This document shows positions 13,076 to 24,814 of a stretch of 64,000 bases of DNA, one piece after another. The notes beneath the pieces were generated by a model. It ran no database searches. It worked only from the letters and a program-made list of their open reading frames with translations, and was not told the DNA's origin. The translations under genes were made by a program, and so were the position numbers. Source of the DNA: Octopus sinensis (taxonomy: Eukaryota); assembly GCF_006345805.1 (NCBI RefSeq), contig NW_021832844.1, positions 124,001 through 188,000 on the forward strand, read 5' to 3'. Numbering within the stretch: position 1 is the first letter of the stretch; each line of letters opens with the position of its first letter.

Positions 13076-13257
13076 TATTATTAAATGGCATTGAATAATT
13101 TTGTTTAGATTCAAATCTGGACCAGTCTAAAAAATTACCTAAAAATTGATTCCTAATAATAACCAAAATATGAGTAAATCACTAATAAAGAAAAAATTTA
13201 ATCAAAATCAATAAAAAACAACCGTAAAAATACTTTTTAAAAAGCGATAAATAAATT

Positions 13258-14162
13258 CTATTTAAATATTGAGGGAATAAAAGTATTGATGGGTAGAGTA
13301 AAGTTGTGAAGGTAGGTTAGGAAATGAGGGGCCACACAACGGGCACACCGAATTAGGGTCAAGCAGTCGTCCATCGAACGGTGAGACTCCTTTGGGATAT
13401 CACCAAAAAATCTTCTATGTATTTCCACAAGAGAAAAAGACGGTTCTCTCATATAACTTTGCTTTGTTGGATGATAAGAACTGTCCAAAGTAAAATCCAA
13501 TTTCCTCCGACTGCCGCTGATTACCCCAGCGGTCAAAAGTCCTGGACGGGCAGATGGTTTTACGGTAGGAATATGCGGAGGCAGCGCTCTCTTTTTGGGA
13601 GTGGAGAAAGAATCGCCTGGAGAATCCTTCCTCAATAAGTCATTCGTGTCAAGAATTCCTTTTTCCCGAAATAGAGCACGAAATATGTCGACTGTATCCG
13701 CTGAGAGCAAATCAGAGGAAAACGCGGAAGGATTAATCTCTGAGATCTTAGCCATTAGAAGAGGAAAGTCGAATCTCTGCCCATTGTGTGCGATCAGAAC
13801 GGACTGTCCTCCAATATGGTTCAGAAAATCACAGATAAGGTCCACAGAAAGTTTTCCAAAAGTACGAATTGGTTCTAACTCGTCGTTGTAAAGTCCAGTT
13901 AATTCGCTTACATTGGCAGGAATGACACGGCCAGGGTTAAAGCAAAGGGTCATTGTGTTAAGAACACGAGGAATTGTCCTCTTCTCCCAATCATGAAGGA
14001 ATGAATCACAACTGAGAGCAACAAATGATATTTCCGTAATTCTATTCTTCCCAGTAAAGTCATTAAGACCAATCGATTCAATATCCATAAAAATGAGCGT
14101 GTCGATGCTCTTTAAGTAGGAGCACTAATGTTTAAGAATAAAAGAATTACCATGTTTGTCAT
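13258..14162 (-). CDS. TREX1: TREX-family DEDDh 3'-5' exonuclease, ~292 aa, one 26-nt intron (14125-14150)
   Basis: Spliced N-terminus MTNMCSYLKSIDTLIFMDIESIGL (ExoI), 'PRVLNTMTLCFNP..SELTGL', 'LIAHNGQRFDFPLL' (ExoII) and 'SHRSMDDCLTL' (ExoIII). TREX1 versus TREX2 orthology cannot be resolved. Confidence 0.88.
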
Positions 14163-14570
14163 CGACGTGATCTGGTAAAAAGATCTTTTAATGTAACTTA
14201 ACAACATGGCTCATCGTTAATTAGAATAGATCCTTGCGACTTTTATATTTATATAAATAATATGTTATTTTGTTTAATTTAATAAATGTTAATTTAAATT
14301 TTGAACATAGAGATTTTAATTTATTAATTTTCGAAAAAATCCTTTGAATATTTATGCTAAGTATTTTTGAATATTTAAATTATACTTAAAGTTCACATAA
14401 ACAAAAACTAGGAAAAGATTTAAATATTCGAAAATAATCATGAATTATGCATGATTATAAAAATGCGTAGGTAAACGAATTTTTAAAGAAAAAAATCCAC
14501 GTCACATTCTTTGAACAAAACATGACGTATAGATTGATGTATATAAAACAACCCTGAACTGTCATTCCAA

Positions 14571-15069
14571 ATGAAAACTCAAACTTATACTTGGGGGAAT
14601 AAAGGAAAATGCAATAATTGTAAAAAAGATGTCAATTGGAATATGAACATTTCTTCTGACACCGAGTTTCGCACAGCCTACAATTCCCCCAGACGTGGAG
14701 ATCGAGGAATTCCAATTCCATATCCAGAAAACACCACTTGGATCTGTTTTGTTAAATTTTGTTAATATTTAGTACCGGGCAACCCATATGATACAGATGC
14801 CGACGTCTACTTGACTCAGACTACTAAAAACGTTTATATGCACGTATTCTAAAGTATTTAGTGGCACAAATTCTATACGAAAATGCCAAAAATAAGGAGC
14901 AACATAAATAAATTTACTCCGCGTCCAAGAGGTGATTGTAAATCGAGGTGTCTTAGATAATGGAATATTTTACTCAAATAATGTAATGAATCAGCTCAAT
15001 GACAGAATGACCAAAACCCATATAAATTGGTCTGCTGAAAATGCTTCTGCATTGTTTACAAAACCGTAA
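14571..15069 (+). CDS. Uncharacterised ~138-aa protein with 3 micro-introns
   Basis: GT-AG introns 14746-14772, 14832-14861 and 14932-14956 join into one open frame ending ...NASALFTKP*. The start could lie further upstream. Confidence 0.5.
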
Positions 15070-15129
15070 AATCTCGGAAATAAAAAAACTAACAATTCTT
15101 AATATCACATCAATTTATTGAATTTGAAT

Positions 15130-15660
15130 AAAAAATTTGTCGTTTTAAAAAAATAATAAAAAGTCTATTTCTATAAAGATCAGCACAAAGTTCATTCTTT
15201 TTACAGTTCAAAAGTCTTTGCACACAGTTCATCTATGTTCTTATAAGAAACAATCATGTTTACAAGGGTCCTCTACTGATGTTAAGAAAACGTGCATATT
15301 GAGGAATTTTTGAGTTACAAGTCTATCTCATGTTAAATGGGTACTATTTGTACTTTCATACGATAAATTAATTCCAGCTTTTTGGATTACATGAATGTAT
15401 CTCCCTACTTTATAATTCCCATTTTACATCTTCTCACATCTATTGGCGCAGTGGTCGACGGTCTTCTTCTATTTCATTCAGTGGGGACACATTGAGTTGT
15501 GTCCTTTAGAGAATAAATTTATATCTTTCACAAGACAGAATAAGTTTTCAGACCGCGGAGATTTGTTGCCTTTGACCAGCCAGTTTTGAACATTCACAGA
15601 ATCTTTTGTAACATTTTTGTATAAGATAGATGAAGACATTTTGAAAAATCTAATTCTATA
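15130..15660 (-). mobile_element. Degenerate R4/Dong-like 3' fragment
   Basis: 'WLVKGNKSPRSE..F.L..D.N...CPH...KTVDH.A..CEKM' matches the zinc-knuckle region of neighbouring elements. Confidence 0.65.
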
Positions 15661-17250
15661 GGTACTTGTTCTAAACATCGACCACCTGAGTACGGCCACC
15701 TTTCAAACTCGTTGTTTTTATTTCAATCGCTTTGGAATCCACCATGCAGTGAGGACATAAGACGCATTACTTTCTTCGCTCGCTCGAGGGGTTTCAAGAA
15801 TAAGACACGATTCGAGAGAGTCTCTTGGCTCTTGATATTTCTGTCAATCGCTGTGATCCGATGGAATAGCTTGAAAATTTCTTGTGGTGTACGGATGGTT
15901 GGTTTACAAAATGGAATAACCATATCTATGGACGCATCTACTCAAAATAATAGTGAAAATTGTAATGGAAGAGTGGATTTAAATGTTCATGGTCGTCCTT
16001 ATTCCTCCGGAAATTCACTCACTGGACCTCCCCAGCAGATATCGACAAGTCTGCTACCTCTGAAAGCTTTGTGTGACTCTGTCAAGTTTTCGAATCCTGG
16101 TGAATGGATGACTCAGCTCTTCGGGCTCGTCAAAGATCGGTTTAAGCGGATGCCTAGAGGAGGATGGCCTTTGACTGTGGATTACTTCAATCTGAAGTTT
16201 GAGAAGAAGAAATCAATATATGAACTAAAGAGGCTTATTTTAACCTTATATACTAAATGCTATGAAGAATTGTTGATTCAGATAGAAGAAAATAGTTCAA
16301 TACCTTTTGAAGAAAGAATGCCTACTCCGAAAGTCCCTGCTCAATATATTAATCATCTGGTTATCGATTTGATTAACAGGGCTTTGATCCAATATACATC
16401 AGATAATCCTCTAAAATCGATTTATGACATTTCTACTTTGATATATTCCTCACAATGTACTTATCATCGAATTACACAGAAAGAATTTTCACATCAAACT
16501 GGGTGGACAATGTGAAAAGGAAGATTGAGTCTTTAACTGAAAATGAGTCTATCATTACAAAGTTTTTTACCTCAACAGTAAGTGATGAGGAGAAGAAGAA
16601 AGCAACGGATATTCTTTGCTCTTTTAATTATAAAAAAAATTGAAAAGTGGTGAATTTGAAAGAATTTCGACAGCCATGAATGATAAAATTAAAATTCTCA
16701 ATAAGAAAGTGAATATTTATGATTCAAAAAGACAGTTCAGGAAGGATAACAGAAATTTTGAGTTGTATAGAAAATCCTTTTATAGAAGACTCAATTCTAC
16801 CATCCAACATAATGAGTGTCTTGACACTGACCGTTGCTTGAAGTTTTGGACTAATGTATGGAAATAAAGAGATATAAGTGAGTATCAATTGGCTGTGAAT
16901 AGAAGAGTCACTGGTGCCGAATATCTCGAACCTGATGTTAATGACACCTTCATTTTAAAGATCATCGAATTTCTCCCCAACTGGAAAGCTTCTGGCTGCG
17001 ATGGAGTTTACAACTTCTTCATCAAAAAATTGGACTCCCTACATAAGTTTCTATTTGATGAGATCAGAAATATCATTACTGGAAGCAGTCAACCCCAGAG
17101 TTGGTTTTTTACCGGAATAACTTATCTTATTCCGAAAAAGGATAATTCCACTGAAGCCAGTGATTTCAGACCAATTATCTGTATGCCATGCCTTTATAAA
17201 CTCGTCACAAAGTGTGTAAATGAGAAAATTGTTGAGTATTTGGAAACTTT
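15660..17250 (+). mobile_element. 5' half of an R4/Dong-like element, interrupted by the minus-strand element at 17250
   Basis: Frameshifted ORFs 15712..17257 ending 'WKASGCDGVYNFFIK...FRPIICMPCLYKLVTK'; the RT resumes collinearly at ~19830. Confidence 0.8.
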
Positions 17251-19815
17251 TTATTAAAAGAAACAAAATTTAACTTAAGCTAGACTATTTAATTTAGATT
17301 CTCAGTCCCGATTATTGGAATCTCTCTCCTCCTTTTAGGAGAAGAGCTTGCAACCAGTTCCTCCTCACTCTCCATCTCCTAGTCAGATAGATTTTCTATT
17401 TGTCTCATATCTTTCACCGGCGTGTCACGGCAGCATGCCACTTCTGCAAGCTGGTAAGCAGCAGAGGCGTATTCTTCGGCAGATACTCTCACTCCATGTC
17501 TGTGTTCAACTACCATGCTTTCTAGAGTCCTTTTTAAAACAACAGATTGAATATAAGTTCTTGTGGCTTTTTCGATCGATAATTTGTCCATATAGTTTTT
17601 GAAATATCTCGAAACAACACCGTCCCAGGTCAAGACAACCGGGATAATCTTTACCTTTGCATCATAAAGTATCGAAAGTTCGTTTGCGAGCAGATCATAT
17701 TTATGAAATTTCTCGATTTCGACTTGTTTGAGGCGATCTTGTGACGTGATGCCAACTTCAATTAAGGTTATCTCTTGTTTGGTTTTGTCATACACGAAGA
17801 TATCTGGTTTGTTGGATTGAACTTTAGTTTCCGTCATGATTGACATATCGACTCTGATTTCAACATTCTGCGTCGATATCATGGACTGAACAGAATGAGT
17901 CTTTAATTTGCTTCCTCTCTTAATACCGTAGGTTCGACACAAATGAAGGTGAATGCACTTCACAACTTCATTGTGTCTCCGCAGATAATCACTGTTTAAC
18001 ATCTTCCCACACTGCGTAGCCAAATGATCAATTGTTTTCTTGCATTTTTTGCAGTGACTGCATAAAGATCCCATGGATGTGAAGAACAAAATCCTATCCT
18101 GCAAGAGACAGTACAATGCTTCACTCCGTGGACCATTATTTCCTTTAGATAACCACTCTGAGGATGGCTAGATCAACATTTTGTTCGTCCATGCATTTGA
18201 ATAGAACCGAATGTAGCATTTTACAATTGATGTTCTGAAGCAAATATTTTCTTTGAGCATCTTTGATAAACTCAACACCCAAATTCTCCATGTCGAGAAT
18301 TGCACACTTGGAGGCGAGAAATCCTGCAATTGTGGCCATATGCCATTTATTTGTTTGTATCACACGCAGGATTCCCGATCTCCGTAAGCATACTGTCGAC
18401 TGTCTTTCTAAACTTTTCATGAACTGGAAAAGTATCAGTTCACTTCTGAAAGAGACTGAAGCAAGTCCTCTCCCAAGAGATTTCCGATTTAAATATAACC
18501 TCTCTTTATTTGCAGGTTTGAGATGGAGTCTGAGAGTCGTAAGAAGTTGTCGTATTTGACGGTCAATACAATCAAATTCATGAGGTTCAATATTAATGAG
18601 TCCGATGTAATAATTATATAGAGAAATGGCATGTTCATTTATAGCGTGGAATAAATTTACCGCATTTAATTTCGTCTTTGAAAGCATGGTTATCCTTTCC
18701 TTTACATTTCCAAGGATAGAATCCATTACTTTACTCTTAAGAACATTACTTCCTGCATCTTCAAGTACACCCAAGTAGCGATATCCTTTGACTCCTTCCA
18801 AAATCTCACAACAAGATAAAGATTTGACATTTGATGCTGACTTTTCTGAATTCATCTCCAAACCAACAGTTTTAAAGAATCCATCAACAGCTTCCATCAT
18901 TTTAATTACTACATCTTCTTTAAGAGCGAATATCTTTAGGTCGTCAATGAAGAACAAATGATTAGTAGAATAGGTCAACATATTTGGGTCCTGTTGATTA
19001 ATCTGAACCTTTGGAAACATGGCATTAAGAATCCTGCTTAGTGGGTCCATCACCATAACAAACAGTTGCGGAGATAACGAGTCTCCTTGTAAAATCCCTC
19101 GGTTCAACTTTACAGAACCAATTCTCCTTCCGTCAACATGGAGCTTTACAGTCCACATTCGTACAGTCCTTTTCACAAAGTTAACAATCCATAAAGGTAT
19201 CCCAGAGCACTCCAACACATGAAATAGAAAGTCATGGTCAACAGAATCGAAAGCCTTCTTGACATCAATCCATGCAGAGTATAGCCCATTTCCATACTCT
19301 TTATTTAGGAATTGGTTAATAAGGGCCTGTTCTTTAGCACCCTGACACTGTCTCCTCGTACCAAGTTGATTGTCGGAAATTAAGCCAAATACATCCATGA
19401 ACTCAGACAGTTTTCCATTAACACACTTGGTAACTAACTTATAAAGTGTCGACATGCATGTTATAGGCCGTAAATCTTTCGGGGTCTCACAATCGTTCTT
19501 TTTAGGAATTAGATATGTAATTCCAGTATAAAACCAGTTTTCTGGCATGTAATCACCGTTGATTATTTTCTTGATTTCAACACATAAAAATTCATGCAGA
19601 GATTCTAGTCTTTTAATGAAGAAATTATATATTCCGTCACATCCCGGTGCCTTCCAGTCAGGAAGATATTTAATGATCTCCATTATGTAATTATTTGTTA
19701 AATCTGGCAACATGTCTTCACTGCCGGTTATTCTTTTATTAACATTGCCCAGTGGCACGGATATTTCGCGCCTTTTGCTCCATAAGTATGTGGAAATATA
19801 TAATCTAATCTCTGA
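17250..19815 (-). mobile_element. R4/Dong-like element, 5'-truncated, nested in opposite orientation
   Basis: ORFs 18145..19758 (RT, FIDD) and 17379..18116 (CCHC, RHNEVV, KPDI, EVG) separated by one frameshift. Confidence 0.88.
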
Positions 19816-19829
19816 GTGTCAAAACTGTT

Positions 19830-21555
19830 GTGTGAACAGGTCACATGAGTACAAATTATTTTCTTCATGGGTAGACGTAAAAAAAGCCTTTGGCTCAATC
19901 AATCACGAATTCCTTGCAATGATTCTGAAAAACTCCGGGCTTCCTGAATGGATAACAAAGTTTTTAATGTCAAACATTCCAAATTGGAAGGTCTCCCTCA
20001 AATTAGGAAAGCAGCATCTAGGAATTGTTGACATAGAACGTGGAATACTCCAAGGAGATTCCCTGTCTCCTCAGTTGTTTATTTTGACTTTGGATCCGTT
20101 GAGCAGATTGTTATCAGCTAAATACCCAAATTTATCAGTCAATACCGATCAAGAAAATTCAGTGTTTTTTTCTGCGAACCATTTTTTGTTCATTGATGAT
20201 TTGAAATTGCTCGCCAAAGATGAGGTCACACTCGGGTGTATGATGAAAGACGTGGATTTATTTTTTAAAGCTTCGGGTTTGGAAAACAATTGTGAGAAGT
20301 CGGCAACAAATATGTTGTTTATTAAGAAATGATGCCAAGCTGCTGGATGGACTGGATAGTTACCGTTATTTGGGTGTATTGGAAAATAAGTTTAGTCAGG
20401 TTGTTAAAGAAGAAGTTTTGAAAAATTTACGGATTGAGGTTCAACAACGTATCGAAAGATTGTCGAAGACGAAACTAAATTCGGTGAATTTGTTTAAGGC
20501 AATTAATGAACATGCTTTATCTTTGTACAATTATTATATCGGCCTTCTGGATTTGGAACCGTCCGCTTTTGATAAAATTGATAAATTTGTCAGTATCTAC
20601 CGCCAGTACTTCGAACAATAAATTTAAGATCAATTAATAAGTAAATTATCTCAAAAAATAGAATTCTAGTGTGAATTTCTATTTTTATGTGATGATTTAG
20701 CTTGGTGGATCTAAATATTCATATGAAACCAGCCTGTAAGGAGAGGCTATATTTGCCGAGGGATAAACTTGGAAGAGGGCTTGCCTCAATTACCTTCAGG
20801 TCGGAAAAAATGCTGTTCAACTTTCGTGAAAATCTGGAGAGGCGAAAGTTAATCTCCCCAAGAAAGGCAGCAATTCTGTGGGCCGAGCAGAAAAGAAAGT
20901 CCCATATGGCCACGATCACAGAATTCCTGCATTGTAAATATAGAACGAACACCCAAGGAGAGATAACCAAATCACTGAGTAGATTGCAGATTGATTCCTT
21001 ACTGTCCAATATCAAGAAGAAAACACTTCACTCGAAGCTATCTGAATCCCTTGATGATAACAATTTTGATATTCAATCGTCTTCAACATGGCTTAAGAAA
21101 GGGAATATATCTCCTAAATCTGAAGCTATGTTTTCATTTCTTCAAGACAGGAATATTTTTTCAGAGACCCTAATTCAAAATGTCCACACTGTAAATCTCC
21201 CAATAAAACGGTTGATCACATGGCAACTAGATGCAACAGGATGCTTAATTCGGATTATACGAGGAGACACAATGAAATTGTGAGATGCATCCACATGCAC
21301 TTGTGCCGTAGATTTGGATTCAACAAATCCAGAAGACTGAAAAATCACTCTGTCCAGAGTATTATGTGCAACACCTTGGCAGAAATACGAGTTGATACAA
21401 CAATTACAACAGAGTTGAAAATTCAATATAACAAACCTGACATTTTCCTCTACGACAAAAGAGAGAACCTAATATGGCTTATTGAAGTGGGTGTGACTTC
21501 AATAGATAACCTAAAGAGTGTGGAAGTAGAAAAACTGCACAAATACGACATTTAA
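19830..21555 (+). mobile_element. 3' half of the R4/Dong-like element begun at 15660
   Basis: DVKKAF, GILQGDSLSP, FIDD, KERLY, RHNEIV and KPDI motifs; frameshifted and carrying a ~107-nt insertion at 20594-20700. Confidence 0.85.
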
Positions 21556-21868
21556 CATTACATTTGGAATAATAGTTCTAACAAGATAAACCACAATAAA
21601 TTTAAGATCAATTAATAAGTAAATTATCTCCAAAAATAGAATTCTAGTGTGAATTTCTATTTTTTTATGTGATGATTTAGCTTGGTGTACTAATTAAAAA
21701 TTGTAAAAAAATTTGTCATTAATACTTATGAATTAGCTCTTTTAGATTTATAAATGAATAGTCACAAAATTAAATTATTTAATTATAAAGTATTATATTT
21801 TTACAGTTTAAAGATTTAGTATCAGCAAAATGTTTAAATAAATTAATCTAATTTAAGAAATCGTGTTA

Positions 21869-24762
21869 ATGGAGGAATCACTGCCAATATTAAGTGCACC
21901 CCAAACAGTTCCAAAAATATTTCAAATAGCTAGAGTTCGCCAAAAAGAAGCCTCGGGACACTGGGAGGGGTCTATGGTCCAGTAACCCTCGGAATGCTGG
22001 GCAGTGTCATTTTCTTGAGAATCGGTGTGATTGACCTTCATCAATAAAATAGGATACATTGTGGGAAATAGCGGAATCGGGAATTCTTTACTGATTATTG
22101 GAATTTCATTTTCTATTGTTCTTTGTACAGTTCTTTCAATATGTGCAATCTCCACCAATGGAGACATTAGCGGAGGGGGAACTTATTGTAAAAAAATTTG
22201 TCACTAATACTTAGACATGGTCAGTCGAACTCTGGGACCAGAACTCGGCGGAGTCGTTGGAGTGATGTTGTTCCTGGCCCAAGTAGTAGCTGCGAGTTTA
22301 TATATTCTGTCCTCAGTAGAAGTCATATTACAGAATTATTCTAAATATCTAATTCATGGTTGTTTTTAGAATTTTTTATATTCTAGGAAATGTATTTGGT
22401 CATTGGGACATTTACAAGTATGCATCAGTCATTGCTGCTTTCTGTCTGCTTGTCTCTTTGGTCGGAGGAAAGATGTTTAGTCGATTTACTAACTTTATTG
22501 TTATGGTATGCTCTTGTAACTCACTCAAGATTGTTATTTTGTGTATTTCCAGCGTAGTGGTATCATTTGCGTTCCAAAAATCTAAAGCCGTGGCAATTCC
22601 ACGAAATAATATTATTGTATATCGTCTAAAAAACATAACAACTATATACGCAAATTACACTAGAATGTCTTTGAATACCTGTAAAGAAAATTTTTATTGT
22701 TGTATATTACGTAATAATCTCAGCAAGATATTCTCTTGATTACACATCTCTAAAAAGGACGAACTTTGGAGTCATATTTGCCATTTTCTTCACTGGGATG
22801 ACCGGAATCACCAATGGGGTCAATCTTTCTGGTATTAAGTTTTCTAACTGCAGGTGAGTTGTCTACCCCGTCTTACAGCATTCCTGTTGGCACACTTTTT
22901 TCCTTCTTATCTGTTTCAGTTTTATATATTTTACTTGTGATACTGACTGGCTGCACGTGTGATAAGTCTATTCCAATATATCACTAATTGTAGTTTTTTA
23001 CTCCAAAACAACTATGATTATATGAAAGATGTCAACTTACTGCCCTGGTCCATTGTTTTGGGACAATTTGCCACGTGTCTGTCCGCCTCTTTGGCCTCTC
23101 TATTTGGTGCCTCGCGAATATTAAAAGCAATAGCTGATGATGACATTTTTTGTATTTGTTTTCTATATCTTTAGGGAATGGACTTGTTTTTATAAAACGT
23201 TTAGTCTTGTTTGGAAATCCCGTGGGGAGTGTATGTTTCTCATACGTCCTCGTACAGTTATTCATGCTTGTTGGTTCTCTCAATGCTATGGCTCCTCTTT
23301 CGACGACGGTATTTCTAATTTGCTACTCCTCACTTAACCTTTCTTGTTTTGTCCTCCTTGTTGCAAAGGCACCAAACTTTAGGTTTTTGGGTCATTTAAT
23401 ACTCAGACCAACTTTCAAATATTTTCATTGGTCCACGTGCCTCTCTGGGTTGATATCTTCGTTGCTAATGATGTTTGTGGTTAACCCCATATATGGGGGA
23501 GTATGCATAGTTGTGTTTGTCGTACTTGTGATTTTGATGCATTTACGTACATATGATATTCAATGGGGAAATATCGGACAGGCCATAATATTTTTTATAG
23601 TAAATGTTTATATATATATTTTGGTTCGTAAATATCTACTGATGCTCGACAGTCAAAAAGATCACGTCAAATTCTGGCGTCCTCAAATAATTTTGTTTGT
23701 ATCAGCATCGGGGAAATCAGATAGTGCAATTATATTCACAAATCTACTCAAAAAGAGCGGATTATTTATAATTGGACACGTCTTTGTCGGAGACTATGAC
23801 AGCCTGATGTATTTTCCCTTGAATGTATCCACCATTTCCACCTTTTAGGAACTGAATTCATGGAGTAGATACATAAGGCAACTCTCTGTAAAAGCATTCC
23901 CAAATCTAACTGTGGCTCGGTCTCTGTCTGAAGGTGTTTTGTAAATTTAATTTCTAAAGGGATATTCAACATGACTTTTTTGTCGGGACTCGGAGGAATG
24001 AAACCAAATATCGTGGCATTTGGCTTTTATACTCCTTACTCTCACAGATCACACGAGACAACTTCGCATTTTGAAAATGAATGTTACCCACAAACAAGTT
24101 CTTGGTACAGTCTGGAGGAATATTTTCAAATAATTGGGAAACTTATAAATTTGGGAGTTTTTCTCAATCTTATATATTTTAGAAAAGTATTTGCATTTTA
24201 CGAAATTTTGAAGATTTCAAATTGCCCATAGAGAAACATTCATGTAAAATAAATGTATGGTTATTCGACTTTTTCGGGGAAGGGGTCCCTTCTTTGGATG
24301 ATATTCGAGTAAATTTCTTACTGCAAATGGGCTGCATTCTCAATATGACCAGGCCTATCCGTCCACGTTCCGAGCTGACGATATTCATTCCATGTCTAGA
24401 AAAAACAGATCCTAAAAATGAAGAGGATGAGCTAAAGGCATTGTTTAATAGTCTTCGAATTAGAGGAACTATTTGGTTCTCTATTTTATAATTTATTTAT
24501 CAGTTGGGTTTGTGGGGACACATATTTTTCAGCACGCAATGCGCTCTATTTTCCGACGGATGCGTCCGACGTAATAAGAGTCGCACAACTAATTGAGGAC
24601 CATCAGAAATCAGCCATAACCAATCTAATTCAACTGCCAAATCTTCCCTCGGATGAGAAATGTTATCTTCAGTATTACAATGTATTGAACGAAATGACGA
24701 GAAATTGCAAAAATGTAGTTTTTTTACATGGAAGTTCATTCGTTACTACAACTCAATTTTAA
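21869..24762 (+). CDS. SLC12A9: Cation-chloride cotransporter family member SLC12A9 (CIP1), ~845 aa, 14 micro-introns
   Basis: Spliced motifs 'VIFLRIGYIVG', 'SICAISTNG.ISGGGTYYMVSRTLGPELGG', 'APNFRPTFKYF', 'VRKYLLMLDSQKDHVKFWRPQ' and 'SGLGGMKPN'; introns 22-28 nt. This copy has an exon-1 frameshift (~21945) absent from the second copy. Confidence 0.9.
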
Positions 24763-24814
24763 AATTATTTTGATAATAATTGTGTCATTATTTAACTAAT
24801 AAATAACTGAAAAG

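Noticed and set aside
15660-15930. Self-cleaving ribozyme in the R4-like 5' UTR
   Set aside because: No hammerhead core or HDV fold could be identified by eye; it needs a covariance-model search.
7662-21555. Prokaryotic RT system (retron, DGR, group II intron) paired with a nuclease
   Set aside because: The RTs carry non-LTR motifs, C-terminal CCHC and RLE domains and A-rich tails. The TREX gene is an intron-containing host gene, and its adjacency is explained by TE density.
21869-22024. SLC12A9 copy 1 as a pseudogene
   Set aside because: The only lesion is an indel beside an A-run that is absent in copy 2; a sequencing error is more likely.
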